Assembly (NCBI GenBank): GCA_041649385.1
Contig: JBAZNG010000001.1
Location: 3,427 to 67,426, forward strand
Direction: 5' to 3'
From: Candidatus Omnitrophota bacterium
Lineage (GTDB): Bacteria; Omnitrophota; Gorgyraeia; Gygaellales; Profunditerraquicolaceae
DNA: 64,000 nucleotides
Numbering within the stretch: position 1 is the stretch's first letter; the number at the start of each line of letters is the position of its first letter. Position numbers and translations under genes: made by a program. Below are positions 53,857 through 62,765 of the stretch, one piece after another. The notes under the pieces were generated by a model that was given only the letters and a program-made list of their open reading frames with translations, had not been told where the DNA came from and searched no databases.

Positions 53857-55006
53857 ACTTAGCCATCTCCTTGATCATTGCTAACGCGATAATGCTGCGC
53901 TGCACCTGGTTTGTGCCTTCATAGATCTGGGTGATCTTGGCGTCACGCACATATTTCTCAATCGGATAATCCTTCATATAACCGTATCCGCCGAATAACT
54001 GTAGAGCGTCTACGGAAACCTTCATCGCCACATCCGAAGCAAACATCTTGGCCATCGCTGATTCCTTAGCCACGTCCTTTTTGCCAGCATCCACCATCCT
54101 AGCGGTTGAATATACCAGGCCGCGGGCAGCTTCAACTTCCGTAGCCATATCCGCGATCATCCACTGGATACCCTGAAAGCTTGAGATGGGCTTACCGAAC
54201 TGCACTCTCTGGCGCACATATTTAACAGCCAGCTCCAACGCGCCCTGCGCAATACCTAATGCCTGCGCGGCAACTCCCGGGCGGCTCATATCAAATGTCC
54301 TCATTGTGACGATAAAACCCATACCTTCTTTAGCTAACAGGTTCTGCGCGGGTACCTTGCAATCTGTGAAAATAAGTTCCCTTGTGCTGGAAGCGCGGAT
54401 ACCGAACTTATCCTCTTTCTTGCCGAAAGTAAACCCGGGCGTACCCTTTTCCACGATGAACGCCGAAGCGCCACGGGCGCCTTTAGTCTTATCCGTCATG
54501 GCGATAACAACATAAGTTTCCGCGTCTCCGCCATTGGTAATGAAATGCTTTAAACCATTTAAAATATAATGGTCGCCTTCTTTTTTGGCTGTAGTCTTAA
54601 TCGCCGAAGCATCAGACCCTGCTTCCGGCTCCGTAATGGCAAACGCAGCTACTTTCTTGCCGCTAGCCAAGTCAGGCAGGTATTTCTTTTTTTGCTCATC
54701 ATTACCAAACAAAACGATCGGGAATGTGCCCAGGGCGCTGGCTGCGTAGCAAACCGCGATACCGCCGCAGGCGCGGGAGAACTCTTCCGTAGCTAAACAT
54801 AAATTCATAACATTGGTGCCTAAACCGCCGTACTCTTCCGGGATGAATAAACCGAACATATCGGATTCCGCCATTACTTTAAGCACATCCCAGGGATACT
54901 CTTCGCTGATATCGTATTTGGCAGCAGCCGGACGGATCTTCTCCTCGGCGATCTTATGGGCTAACTCCTTGATCATCTTTTGCTCATCAGTTAACAAATA
55001 ATCCAT
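53855..55006 (-). CDS. acyl-CoA dehydrogenase (butyryl-CoA dehydrogenase-like)
   Basis: 383 aa ACAD fold, catalytic Glu near C-terminus; adjacent to etfBA. Confidence 0.88.
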   Translation of the reverse strand: MDYLLTDEQKMIKELAHKIAEEKIRPAAAKYDISEEYPWDVLKVMAESDMFGLFIPEEYGGLGTNVMNLCLATEEFSRACGGIAVCYAASALGTFPIVLFGNDEQKKKYLPDLASGKKVAAFAITEPEAGSDASAIKTTAKKEGDHYILNGLKHFITNGGDAETYVVIAMTDKTKGARGASAFIVEKGTPGFTFGKKEDKFGIRASSTRELIFTDCKVPAQNLLAKEGMGFIVTMRTFDMSRPGVAAQALGIAQGALELAVKYVRQRVQFGKPISSFQGIQWMIADMATEVEAARGLVYSTARMVDAGKKDVAKESAMAKMFASDVAMKVSVDALQLFGGYGYMKDYPIEKYVRDAKITQIYEGTNQVQRSIIALAMIKEMAK

Positions 55007-55059
55007 TTTTTCCTCCTTAACTGCCGTAAATCTGGCAGGCTGATTAATTAATTCTTTGG

Positions 55060-55087
55060 ATTATAACATAAAAAGGTTATTTTACAA
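55060..55087 (-). promoter_or_regulatory. Candidate promoter for acd-etfBA (TTGTAA-16-TATAAT)
   Basis: Minus strand cTTGTAAaataacctttttatgtTATAATcc, 50 nt upstream of acd ATG. Confidence 0.5.
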
Positions 55088-55580
55088 GCCCCGTTATAAG
55101 TGGCGCCCCAGCGCTACGGGACTTATAACGGGGCAAGAGTTTTAGCATTGCCACTTCCTGGCAATTGGGGAATTTGCAGCAGTTAATACACTCCGCCCAT
55201 ATTTTGTGCGGCAGGGTGGAGTTTTTGATGCGTTTAAAACCTAACTTCTTAAAAAAATCGGGTTTATAAGTAAGTACAAATACTTTTTTTGCGCCAAGGG
55301 CCTTGGCTTCCGCAAGGCAAACGGACACAAGGTCAAAACCTATTCCTTTACCCTGGTATCTTTTTGACACTGCCGTAGATTTTACCTCGGCTAAATCATC
55401 CCAGGATATATGTAAAGCGGCGCAGCCAACAACTTTGCCTTTGTCTTCATAAACCCAGAAATCGCGGATATTCTCATAAAGCTCATTCAATGAGCGCGGC
55501 AACATAACATCCTGTTTGGCAAAACAACCGATTAACTCCTGGATCTGTTTTATATCTTTGATCTTTGCTTTTCTTATCAT
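55077..55580 (-). CDS. GNAT family N-acetyltransferase (short ArgA/N-acetylglutamate synthase-like)
   Basis: 167 aa, acetyl-CoA binding motif QGKGIG, C-terminal Cys cluster. Confidence 0.65.
   Translation of the reverse strand: MIRKAKIKDIKQIQELIGCFAKQDVMLPRSLNELYENIRDFWVYEDKGKVVGCAALHISWDDLAEVKSTAVSKRYQGKGIGFDLVSVCLAEAKALGAKKVFVLTYKPDFFKKLGFKRIKNSTLPHKIWAECINCCKFPNCQEVAMLKLLPRYKSRSAGAPLITGLVK
55089..55135. promoter_or_regulatory. Perfect 14 bp inverted repeat GCCCCGTTATAAGT-N19-ACTTATAACGGGGC inside the 3' end of the GNAT gene, abutting the acd -35
   Basis: Seen directly. Confidence 0.7.
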
Positions 55581-55583
55581 ATT

Positions 55584-55633
55584 TTTTGCCTACCTGCTAT
55601 CTACTAACTACTACCTGCTCTCTATTAAGTATT
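55584..55633. repeat. CTAC-rich intergenic repeat, copy 6 (diverged)
   Basis: ttttttgcctacctgctatctactaactactacctgctctctattaagtatta between glgC and GNAT. Confidence 0.75.
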
Positions 55634-56855
55634 ATTTAATTGATGTGCCTTTAGCCACTACCACAATTCCTGAATCGCTGACAAAAAAACGCTTTTTATC
55701 TTCATCAAGGTCATATCCAATGACCACGCCCTGGGGGATACTTACATCCTTATCAATGATCGCCCGTTTTATCTTAGCGTGCCTGCCGACATTTACGCCT
55801 TCCATAAGTATGGAATCATAAACTTCCGAGAAGCTGTTAATGCGCACATTCGGCGAAAGGATACTGTGCTGCACGCGTCCGCCGGAAACAACGCAACCTT
55901 CGGAAACTATAGAATCCAAAACAAGGCCTACGCGGCCTTTTTCCTGCTCACCGGAGTGCACAGTCTTTACCGGCGGGTATTGCTCCTGGTAAGTCCTTAC
56001 CGGCCAATCCTGGTCATAAAGGTTGAAATCGGGGTTGGCCTGGATCAAGCCCATATTCGCGTCATAATAAGCGTCGATTGTCCCGATATCCCGCCAATAC
56101 GCCTCTTTATTATTCTCATCGCGGAAATTATAAACAACGACTTTCATATTCTTCTTAAGCATCTGCGGGATGATATCCTTGCCGAAATCATGCGAGGATT
56201 TGGCGTTCTTTGAGTCTTCCGTAAGTTCCTTTTCAAGTATGGAATTGTTAAAAACATAAATACCCATAGAGCCGTATATCTTATCGGGCTTATCGATGAT
56301 CGTCTTTGGATTGGCCGGTTTCTCCTGGAAACCGACGATTTTTCCGGCGGTATCGACCTCCACCACGCCTAAATGCTTGGATTTATTTTTATTTATCTCC
56401 ACAACCCCCACGGTCAGGTCGGCGTTCTGATCCCTATGGTAATCGATCATAGAGTAGTAATTCATTTTGTAAATATGGTCGCCTGCCAGTATAAGCACCT
56501 CATCAGGCCTGTCCATTTCAAGCGTATAAAGGTTCTGATAAAGCGCGTTGGCTGTGCCCAGGTACCAGGAATCACCCACTCTTTGCTGCGCAGGAAGCAT
56601 CTCAATAAACTGGCCTAACTCTGAAGGCAAAAAGTTCCAGCCTAAACGGATATGCCTCTGCAAAGACGCGGATTTATACTGGCTAAGCAGGTAGATCTTG
56701 CGCAGGCCGGAGTTAATGCAATTACTTAAAGTAAAATCAATGATCCGGTAGATGCCGCCAAAAGGCACAGCCGGTTTTGTACGGTCTTTGGTCAAAGGCA
56801 GGAGCCTCTCGCCCTTGCCGCCTACCATAATAAAAGTCAGGACTTTGCGCATCAT
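55632..56855 (-). CDS. glgC: glucose-1-phosphate adenylyltransferase
   Basis: 407 aa, GGKGERL nucleotide-binding motif, left-handed beta helix C-domain. Confidence 0.9.
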   Translation of the reverse strand: MMRKVLTFIMVGGKGERLLPLTKDRTKPAVPFGGIYRIIDFTLSNCINSGLRKIYLLSQYKSASLQRHIRLGWNFLPSELGQFIEMLPAQQRVGDSWYLGTANALYQNLYTLEMDRPDEVLILAGDHIYKMNYYSMIDYHRDQNADLTVGVVEINKNKSKHLGVVEVDTAGKIVGFQEKPANPKTIIDKPDKIYGSMGIYVFNNSILEKELTEDSKNAKSSHDFGKDIIPQMLKKNMKVVVYNFRDENNKEAYWRDIGTIDAYYDANMGLIQANPDFNLYDQDWPVRTYQEQYPPVKTVHSGEQEKGRVGLVLDSIVSEGCVVSGGRVQHSILSPNVRINSFSEVYDSILMEGVNVGRHAKIKRAIIDKDVSIPQGVVIGYDLDEDKKRFFVSDSGIVVVAKGTSIK

Positions 56856-57487
56856 CTTAAAAATGCCCCTTCTATGCCCTTACGGGTCATCATTACGGCG
56901 ATTGCCGCAAGCAATATGTACATGATCTTGGAAAATGCCCGCGTGCCGGATTGGCCGATCCTTTTAATGATCAAGTCGGAACTGGCCAACGTAACCCAGA
57001 CAATAAGCATATTCAAAACCAGCGAAACAAATGTCGCCGCTACCCCGAAAGTATCCACCATGATCAGGGTAGTGGTCAAAACCGCAGGGCCGGTGACTAA
57101 AGGCGTGCCCATGGGGAAAACGCCCATATATTTATCGTGGCTGCCTGTGGCCAGGCTTTTTTGCGCACCGGGCAGAAGAAGCCGGGCGGAAATAACAAAT
57201 AAAAGCAGGCCTCCGGCGATCTGAAAATCCGGGATAGTGATATTTAAAAGCCGCAATACCCCTTTGCCCAGGAACATAAAAAGCACGGCCATAAGCGTAG
57301 CCGTAACTACGGTATCCAGAACTATCTTCTTTTTCTCCCGCTTGCTCATTCCTTCAACCATGGAAATGAATAAAGGGATATTGCCGATAGAATCCACGGC
57401 AACAAATATAGGGATGAACGTAAGTAAATACGGCTTAATGATTTCCATCATGCTTAATATTATATAGAATGCTCCGTCAAATGGCAA
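56852..57487 (-). CDS. MarC family (UPF0056) integral membrane protein
   Basis: 211 aa, 6 TM, MarC signature. Confidence 0.75.
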   Translation of the reverse strand: MPFDGAFYIILSMMEIIKPYLLTFIPIFVAVDSIGNIPLFISMVEGMSKREKKKIVLDTVVTATLMAVLFMFLGKGVLRLLNITIPDFQIAGGLLLFVISARLLLPGAQKSLATGSHDKYMGVFPMGTPLVTGPAVLTTTLIMVDTFGVAATFVSLVLNMLIVWVTLASSDLIIKRIGQSGTRAFSKIMYILLAAIAVMMTRKGIEGAFLR

Positions 57488-57495
57488 TAGAAAAT

Positions 57496-58644
57496 TTAAT
57501 CAATCTTGCGGATCAAAGGAAGGCAAAGAAAACTGGCAAGCGCGGATATCACGATCAGCCATTTCAAGCCGATTATGGGAAGCAAAAAACCGCCGGAGAT
57601 ATTACTTGCGGCATCGGCTAAATTGTTCACGCTGCAGAGAAGCGCAAATGAAGTAGCCTCAAAGCCTTTGACGGATTTACGCGCCATAAGGTCCATGATC
57701 ATAATGAATATGAACATCCCCAGAAAACTGTATAGGATATTATAAACTACCGCGCTAGACGGCGTAAAATACAAATAACTTAACGTAGTTACTGCCCCCA
57801 ATAGCACTGAATAATAAAGCCATTTTTTAAAGTTTATCCTTTTGCTGAAATTATAATAAAATACCGCTCCCAGTATGCCGAAAAACATGCTCACTGTCCC
57901 AAGTGTGCCGATCCACATCTTGCTCCACTTAAAGACATTCCTCTCTATGAATAACAGGGGCGTGCCGAAAGAAGGTGAGAATTTATAAAGAAAAATAAAA
58001 AGGCAAACTAATAACAGCTTCTTGTCCGTAAACAGCTTCTTTAGGTCTGAAAACAGGTTGGCATAACGCTTCTCCTGCCCGGTCTGGTCTTCCCGGTAAA
58101 AATAAGCCGGTATAGCTACGATTAAATACACCGGCACAAGGCACAAGAAACCCACTTGGTAACCCCAATGCTCGGCCAGGTAAGCGCCGCCTATCCCGGT
58201 GATCAGCCCCGCTAACAACGCCGATATCCACTGGACGCTCTGGATCCTGCCGGTAGCTTCGTATTTCTTGCCCTCCACGCACATGATCCCGTCAACTGCC
58301 ACGTCACGGAACGCGGCGCTGGAAGAATTGATCAGCAATATTCCTAAAAGCGCGAATAAAGGCATATGCAAAAGCCCCAGGATAAGCACGAAAACCAGAT
58401 CCAGGGTTAAAGAAATGAATATCCAGGTGCGCTTACTTAAGAAATGGTCTATGAAATAACCGATCAGTGGCTTGGCCAGCCAGGCAAGGGATGTCAGGCT
58501 GCCAATGAACATGATTTTATCGGCGCCAAAACCAAGGGTCTCCTTCATATAATAAAATAACCCCTGGGAAGGAAGGCTTTCTATGCTCTGGGTAAAATAT
58601 ACCCCGGAGCTTAACGCAAATACCCAAAATAGTTTCTTATTCAT
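57496..58644 (-). CDS. MFS transporter, folate-biopterin transporter (FBT) family-like
   Basis: 382 aa, 12 TM, FBT-type N-terminal motif (LFYYMKETLG...LAWLAKPLIGYFID). Confidence 0.7.
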   Translation of the reverse strand: MNKKLFWVFALSSGVYFTQSIESLPSQGLFYYMKETLGFGADKIMFIGSLTSLAWLAKPLIGYFIDHFLSKRTWIFISLTLDLVFVLILGLLHMPLFALLGILLINSSSAAFRDVAVDGIMCVEGKKYEATGRIQSVQWISALLAGLITGIGGAYLAEHWGYQVGFLCLVPVYLIVAIPAYFYREDQTGQEKRYANLFSDLKKLFTDKKLLLVCLFIFLYKFSPSFGTPLLFIERNVFKWSKMWIGTLGTVSMFFGILGAVFYYNFSKRINFKKWLYYSVLLGAVTTLSYLYFTPSSAVVYNILYSFLGMFIFIMIMDLMARKSVKGFEATSFALLCSVNNLADAASNISGGFLLPIIGLKWLIVISALASFLCLPLIRKID

Positions 58645-58669
58645 AATTCCTTATTTCAAGATTACTTCC

Positions 58670-58800
58670 CGCTTCGGCGCGCCTTGCGGTCGCAATGACG
58701 GTTATTCGTCATTGCGAGGAGTCCGCCAACGCTGCAATGGCGGACGACGAAGCGACCAAGGGCGAAATGCCCACGTAAGTGCCGAGCCTATCTAGGCGAG
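58670..58800 (-). ncRNA. GC-rich multi-hairpin 5' leader (candidate riboswitch / cis-regulatory RNA) upstream of the FBT transporter
   Basis: 11 bp stem tcgcaatgacg/cgtcattgcga, 8 bp stem gtccgcca/tggcggac, cgcUUCGgcg tetraloop, alternative outer helix ggtcgc/gcgacc. Confidence 0.4.
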
Positions 58801-58818
58801 GCCAATCCCGGTTTAATT

Positions 58819-58859
58819 AAACTTAATAAAAAGGCTACCAATATCAATTGGTAGCCTTA
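58819..58859 (-). terminator. Rho-independent terminator of secG (12 bp stem AAGGCTACCAAT/ATTGGTAGCCTT, loop ATCA, then TTTTTATTAAGTTT on the minus strand)
   Basis: Seen directly 25 nt after secG stop. Confidence 0.8.
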
Positions 58860-58883
58860 TATTTATTGATAAATTCAAGAGCT

Positions 58884-59309
58884 TCACTTAGCAGCCTTAG
58901 GCGCCTCCGGTTTAGCTGCCGTTTGCGGCGCAGTAGCAGGCGCAGGAACAGTTGCCTCCTGAACAGGTATAGCTGTAGTAGCTACTTTTGCCTCAACCGG
59001 CTTAACTGTTTCCTGCGCGGCTTTCGGCAAGACAGCCGCCTGTTTTACAGGGGCCTTCGTACGGGCATTACTCATTAAAGATTTGCCCTGCCTGACCGAT
59101 AATAACGCCAGGCTTAAACAGGTAAAAAAGAAAACTATAGACATAATCGTGGTAGTACGGGTAAGAAAAGCATTTGTCTTGGTCCCGAACATGGATTCAA
59201 CTCCGGCGAAACTTTCCACAAGCCCGGCGCCGCGGCCCCTCTGGATCAGCACCAAAATGATCAGGATCAAACAAGCAACCACATGAATTATAGTAAGTAA
59301 CGTCGTCAT
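58884..59309 (-). CDS. secG: preprotein translocase subunit SecG with Ala/Pro-rich C-terminal extension
   Basis: 141 aa, two TM helices with Gly-rich loop, tpiA-secG linkage. Confidence 0.8.
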   Translation of the reverse strand: MTTLLTIIHVVACLILIILVLIQRGRGAGLVESFAGVESMFGTKTNAFLTRTTTIMSIVFFFTCLSLALLSVRQGKSLMSNARTKAPVKQAAVLPKAAQETVKPVEAKVATTAIPVQEATVPAPATAPQTAAKPEAPKAAK

Positions 59310-60079
59310 TTTTTTACCTCGCTGGCTTTAGTAACGATCGCGCTAAAAGATTCAACTTTCAGGCTTGCCCCGCCGACCAGGGCGCCGTCTACATCCGGCT
59401 TATTCATAAGTTCCGTGATATTCTCCGGTTTAACGCTTCCGCCGTACTGGATCCGCACGCTAGAAGATACCTCAAGGCCGTAGATGGATTTTAATAATCC
59501 GCGTATATAGGCGTGCACTTCCTGCGCCTGTTCAGGAGTAGCGGTCTTGCCTGTGCCGATAGCCCAAACAGGCTCATAGGCAACAACGATCTTAAGCATA
59601 TCTTCGTTGCTGATATCTACCAGGCTATTCTTAACATGGTCCTCAATAACCTTAAATGTATTATTGCTTTCTCTTTCTTTAAGATTCTCGCCCACGCAGA
59701 CGATCGGGGTAAGCCCCGCCTTAAGAGCAGCTTTGATCTTTTTATTCACAGTTTCATTTGTCTCACCAAAAAACTGCCTGCGTTCGGAGTGGCCGATGAT
59801 CACATACTGGCAACCTGCGTCTTTAAGCATGGCCGGGGAAACCTCTCCGGTAAAAGCCCCTTCCTCCTGCCAGTAGATATCCTGCGCGCCCAGGCCGATC
59901 TCCGACTCATTCAGGATCTCGGCAACTTCGCTTAAAGCCGTAAATGCCGGACAGAGCACCACATCCACCTTGGCAAAATCCAGTTTAAAAAGCCCGCGTT
60001 TAAGGCCATTAGCTAATTCGATAGCCTCCTTAATAGTTTTATACATCTTCCAGTTACCCGCAATAATAGTTTTTCTCAT
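59306..60079 (-). CDS. tpiA: triosephosphate isomerase
   Basis: 257 aa, AYEPVWAIGTG, catalytic His/Glu. Confidence 0.95.
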   Translation of the reverse strand: MRKTIIAGNWKMYKTIKEAIELANGLKRGLFKLDFAKVDVVLCPAFTALSEVAEILNESEIGLGAQDIYWQEEGAFTGEVSPAMLKDAGCQYVIIGHSERRQFFGETNETVNKKIKAALKAGLTPIVCVGENLKERESNNTFKVIEDHVKNSLVDISNEDMLKIVVAYEPVWAIGTGKTATPEQAQEVHAYIRGLLKSIYGLEVSSSVRIQYGGSVKPENITELMNKPDVDGALVGGASLKVESFSAIVTKASEVKK

Positions 60080-60081
60080 AT

Positions 60082-60342
60082 TTACCCCGTTAGAGATAGG
60101 AAACGCTTCAAGCGATTCTTCAGATAACGCTTCCCCATTCCAGTTTTTAAATATCTTTCTCTAGTAAATGCGTCTTCTTTATTAATACAGCCTTCATAAT
60201 AAATTAATTCAAAAGGACATCTATTTTTAGTTGATGTTACTCGTCCTTCATTGTGCTCAATGAAGCGTTTCCGTAAATCACCGGTTGTGCCGGTGTAAAA
60301 CTTGTTGTCTTTTCTACTCCTGATTACGTAAGTGTATACCAT
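60082..60342 (-). CDS. GIY-YIG nuclease superfamily small protein (YhbQ/UPF0213-like)
   Basis: 86 aa, VYTYVIRS...KFYTGTTGDLRKRFIEHN = GIY-YIG core with Arg and Glu catalytic residues. Confidence 0.8.
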   Translation of the reverse strand: MVYTYVIRSRKDNKFYTGTTGDLRKRFIEHNEGRVTSTKNRCPFELIYYEGCINKEDAFTRERYLKTGMGKRYLKNRLKRFLSLTG

Positions 60343-60354
60343 GAGTCATAATCT

Positions 60355-61542
60355 CTAACGGGGTGCATCCGTTAGCGCAGCGACTCCCGGAAGCGTCTTG
60401 CCCTCCAGGTATTCAAGGCTGGCTCCCCCTCCAGTTGATATATGCGTCATCTTGTCTTCTAATTTGAATTTCGCGACGGCCGCGGCAGTATCTCCTCCAC
60501 CGATCACGGAAACACAATTTAAGCCGGCGATGAATTTACCCAATTCCTGGGTGCCGTGGCTAAAAGCGTCCATCTCAAAGATACCCACTGGCCCGTTCCA
60601 GACAATAGTCTTAGCGTCTTTTAGTTTATCTTCAAACAATTTAATCGTCTTAGGGCCGATATCCACTGCGATCAGGCCATCAGGGATGTTCTCCCCGACG
60701 ATCTCAACTTTAGCGTCAGCCTTGATCGCTTCAACAACAACGTTATCCACCGGAAGAAGTATCTCTTTCCCTAGCTTCGCAGACTTTTCCAATATTGACT
60801 TAGCCAGGTCAAGCTTATCTTTCTCAAGCTTGGAATTACCGATCTGTTTGCCTTGGGCCTTTAAAAAAGTATATGCCATGCCTCCGCCTACGATTATAGC
60901 GTCGCATTTAGGAAGCAGGTTATCGATCACCCCGATCTTATCGGAAACTTTTGAACCTCCTAAAATGACCATAAAAGGCTTCTGGGGATTTTCCACGGCG
61001 CTGCCTAAATATTTTATTTCTTTCTCTAATAAGAACCCTGCCGCGGATTTCAAATAATGCGTTATGCCTTCAGTAGAAGCATGCGCGCGGTGGGCGGTGC
61101 CAAAAGCATCATTAACAAATACATCCGCCAAGGAAGCGAGCTGTTTGGCAAAACCAGCGTCATTAGCTTCTTCTTCGCTATGATAACGCAGATTTTCCAA
61201 TAAAACGACTTTTTGGGGAGCGTTATCAATGTCTTTTTTGAGATTTTCGCCAATACAATCGTTAAAGAACAATACATTCTCACCCAAAAGCTGCTGTAAT
61301 CTTTCTGCGACAGGTTTAAGGCTGTATTTAGCGACTGGCTTGCCATCGGGACGGCCAAGGTGGCTGATCAGCACAAGCTTTTTTGCTCCGCTCTGCAGGA
61401 TATGTTTTAACGTGGGCAGCGTCCCGCGGATACGCGTATCGTCTGTAATATTAAGAGCAGCGTCCTGCGGCACGTTAAAATCCACGCGCACCAACACTGT
61501 TTTGTTTTTTAGGTCCAGGTCCTTTAATGTTAGCTTTGCCAT
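60355..61542 (-). CDS. pgk: phosphoglycerate kinase
   Basis: 395 aa, hinge and nucleotide-binding motifs. Confidence 0.95.
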   Translation of the reverse strand: MAKLTLKDLDLKNKTVLVRVDFNVPQDAALNITDDTRIRGTLPTLKHILQSGAKKLVLISHLGRPDGKPVAKYSLKPVAERLQQLLGENVLFFNDCIGENLKKDIDNAPQKVVLLENLRYHSEEEANDAGFAKQLASLADVFVNDAFGTAHRAHASTEGITHYLKSAAGFLLEKEIKYLGSAVENPQKPFMVILGGSKVSDKIGVIDNLLPKCDAIIVGGGMAYTFLKAQGKQIGNSKLEKDKLDLAKSILEKSAKLGKEILLPVDNVVVEAIKADAKVEIVGENIPDGLIAVDIGPKTIKLFEDKLKDAKTIVWNGPVGIFEMDAFSHGTQELGKFIAGLNCVSVIGGGDTAAAVAKFKLEDKMTHISTGGGASLEYLEGKTLPGVAALTDAPR

Positions 61543-61589
61543 TTTATTTCTCCATCTTCCACATACAGCTATCAGCCTTCAGCTTCAAC

Positions 61590-61677
61590 TTTTGGTTTTC
61601 CCTGCATTCTACCTACTATCTACTACCTGCCCTATTTTGTTTTTTCTTTCCTACCTGCTTTCTGCTACCTACTGCTC
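61590..61677. repeat. CTAC-rich intergenic repeat, copy 7 (duplicated CTACCTGC module)
   Basis: ttttggttttccctgcattctacctactatctactacctgccctattttgttttttctttcctacctgctttctgctacctactgctc. Confidence 0.85.
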
Positions 61678-62730
61678 TTACAGGCCCTTTTTTACCATGA
61701 ATTCGCAAAGGTCAACTACCCTGTTGGAATAACCCCATTCATTATCATACCAGGAAAGGACTTTGACGAAATCATCCTGAATGACTTTTGTGCTTTGAGC
61801 GTCAAGAATTGAGCTTAATAAACAGTGGTTAAAATCTACCGAAACTACTGGATCTTCAGTATATCCAAGTATACCTTTCATCGGGCCTTCGGAAGCGGCT
61901 TTAAAAGCGGCGTTCAATTCTTCGACAGTCGCTTTCTTTGCCAAAGCCACCGTAAGATCAACGACGGAAACGTTGGGAGTGGGAACACGGATAGCAAACC
62001 CATCCAGTTTGCCTTTCAATTCCGGAATGACCAAAGATATTGCTTTGGCAGCGCCTGTGGAAGTAGGGATCATGGAAACCGCTGCTGCGCGGGCACGCCG
62101 TAAGTCTGAATGCGCCATATCCTGGACTTTCTGGTCATTAGTATAGGAGTGGATAGTGGTCATCAAACCCTTGGTAATACCCCATTTATCATTAAGCACT
62201 TTTGCGATAGGCGCCAGGCAGTTTGTCGTGCAGGAAGCGTTAGAAACCACGTGATGATTTTTAGGATCGTATTTATCTTCGTTGACGCCCAAAACGATGG
62301 TAATATCCTCACCCTGGGCAGGAGCAGAGATGATCACTTTCTTGGCGCCGCCTTTGGTAATATGGTTCTCCGCGCCTTTAACTTCCTTACCCTTTTTATT
62401 TACGCCATCCTTCTTGATCGTAAATAAACCTGTGGACTCAACCACCAACTCAACACCCAGGTCTTTCCAGGGAAGTTCAGAAGGGTCTCTTTTGCTTAAA
62501 ACTTTGATCGATTTACCGTTTACGCTAATCACATCATCCGCTGTGGCTTTTACTTCGCCATTAAACCTGCCATGCACTGAATCATATTTAAACAAATAGG
62601 CATTGGTTTTAGCGTCAGTCAGGTCGTTGATCGCCACCAATTCTATTGCCTTGCTATTTTTTTCCATGATCGCGCGCGCGACTAATCGGCCGATCCTGCC
62701 AAAACCGTTGATTCCGACTTTTATTGCCAT
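61678..62730 (-). CDS. gap: glyceraldehyde-3-phosphate dehydrogenase
   Basis: 350 aa, NGFGRIGR, catalytic SCTTNC. Confidence 0.96.
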   Translation of the reverse strand: MAIKVGINGFGRIGRLVARAIMEKNSKAIELVAINDLTDAKTNAYLFKYDSVHGRFNGEVKATADDVISVNGKSIKVLSKRDPSELPWKDLGVELVVESTGLFTIKKDGVNKKGKEVKGAENHITKGGAKKVIISAPAQGEDITIVLGVNEDKYDPKNHHVVSNASCTTNCLAPIAKVLNDKWGITKGLMTTIHSYTNDQKVQDMAHSDLRRARAAAVSMIPTSTGAAKAISLVIPELKGKLDGFAIRVPTPNVSVVDLTVALAKKATVEELNAAFKAASEGPMKGILGYTEDPVVSVDFNHCLLSSILDAQSTKVIQDDFVKVLSWYDNEWGYSNRVVDLCEFMVKKGL

Positions 62731-62765
62731 TTTATTCCTCCTTGATTAATTAAATGTTAAAATAC

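Noticed and set aside
58583-58795. 70 aa plus-strand ORF over the GC-rich hairpin region
   Set aside because: Overlaps the transporter start codon and consists of the hairpin sequences; more parsimoniously a structured non-coding leader.
61062-61358. 98 aa minus-strand ORF inside pgk (and similar same-strand overlapping ORFs at 1131-1319, 1880-2068, 46470-46805, 47262-47471, 57983-58282)
   Set aside because: Out-of-frame overlaps within confidently identified genes; no independent support.
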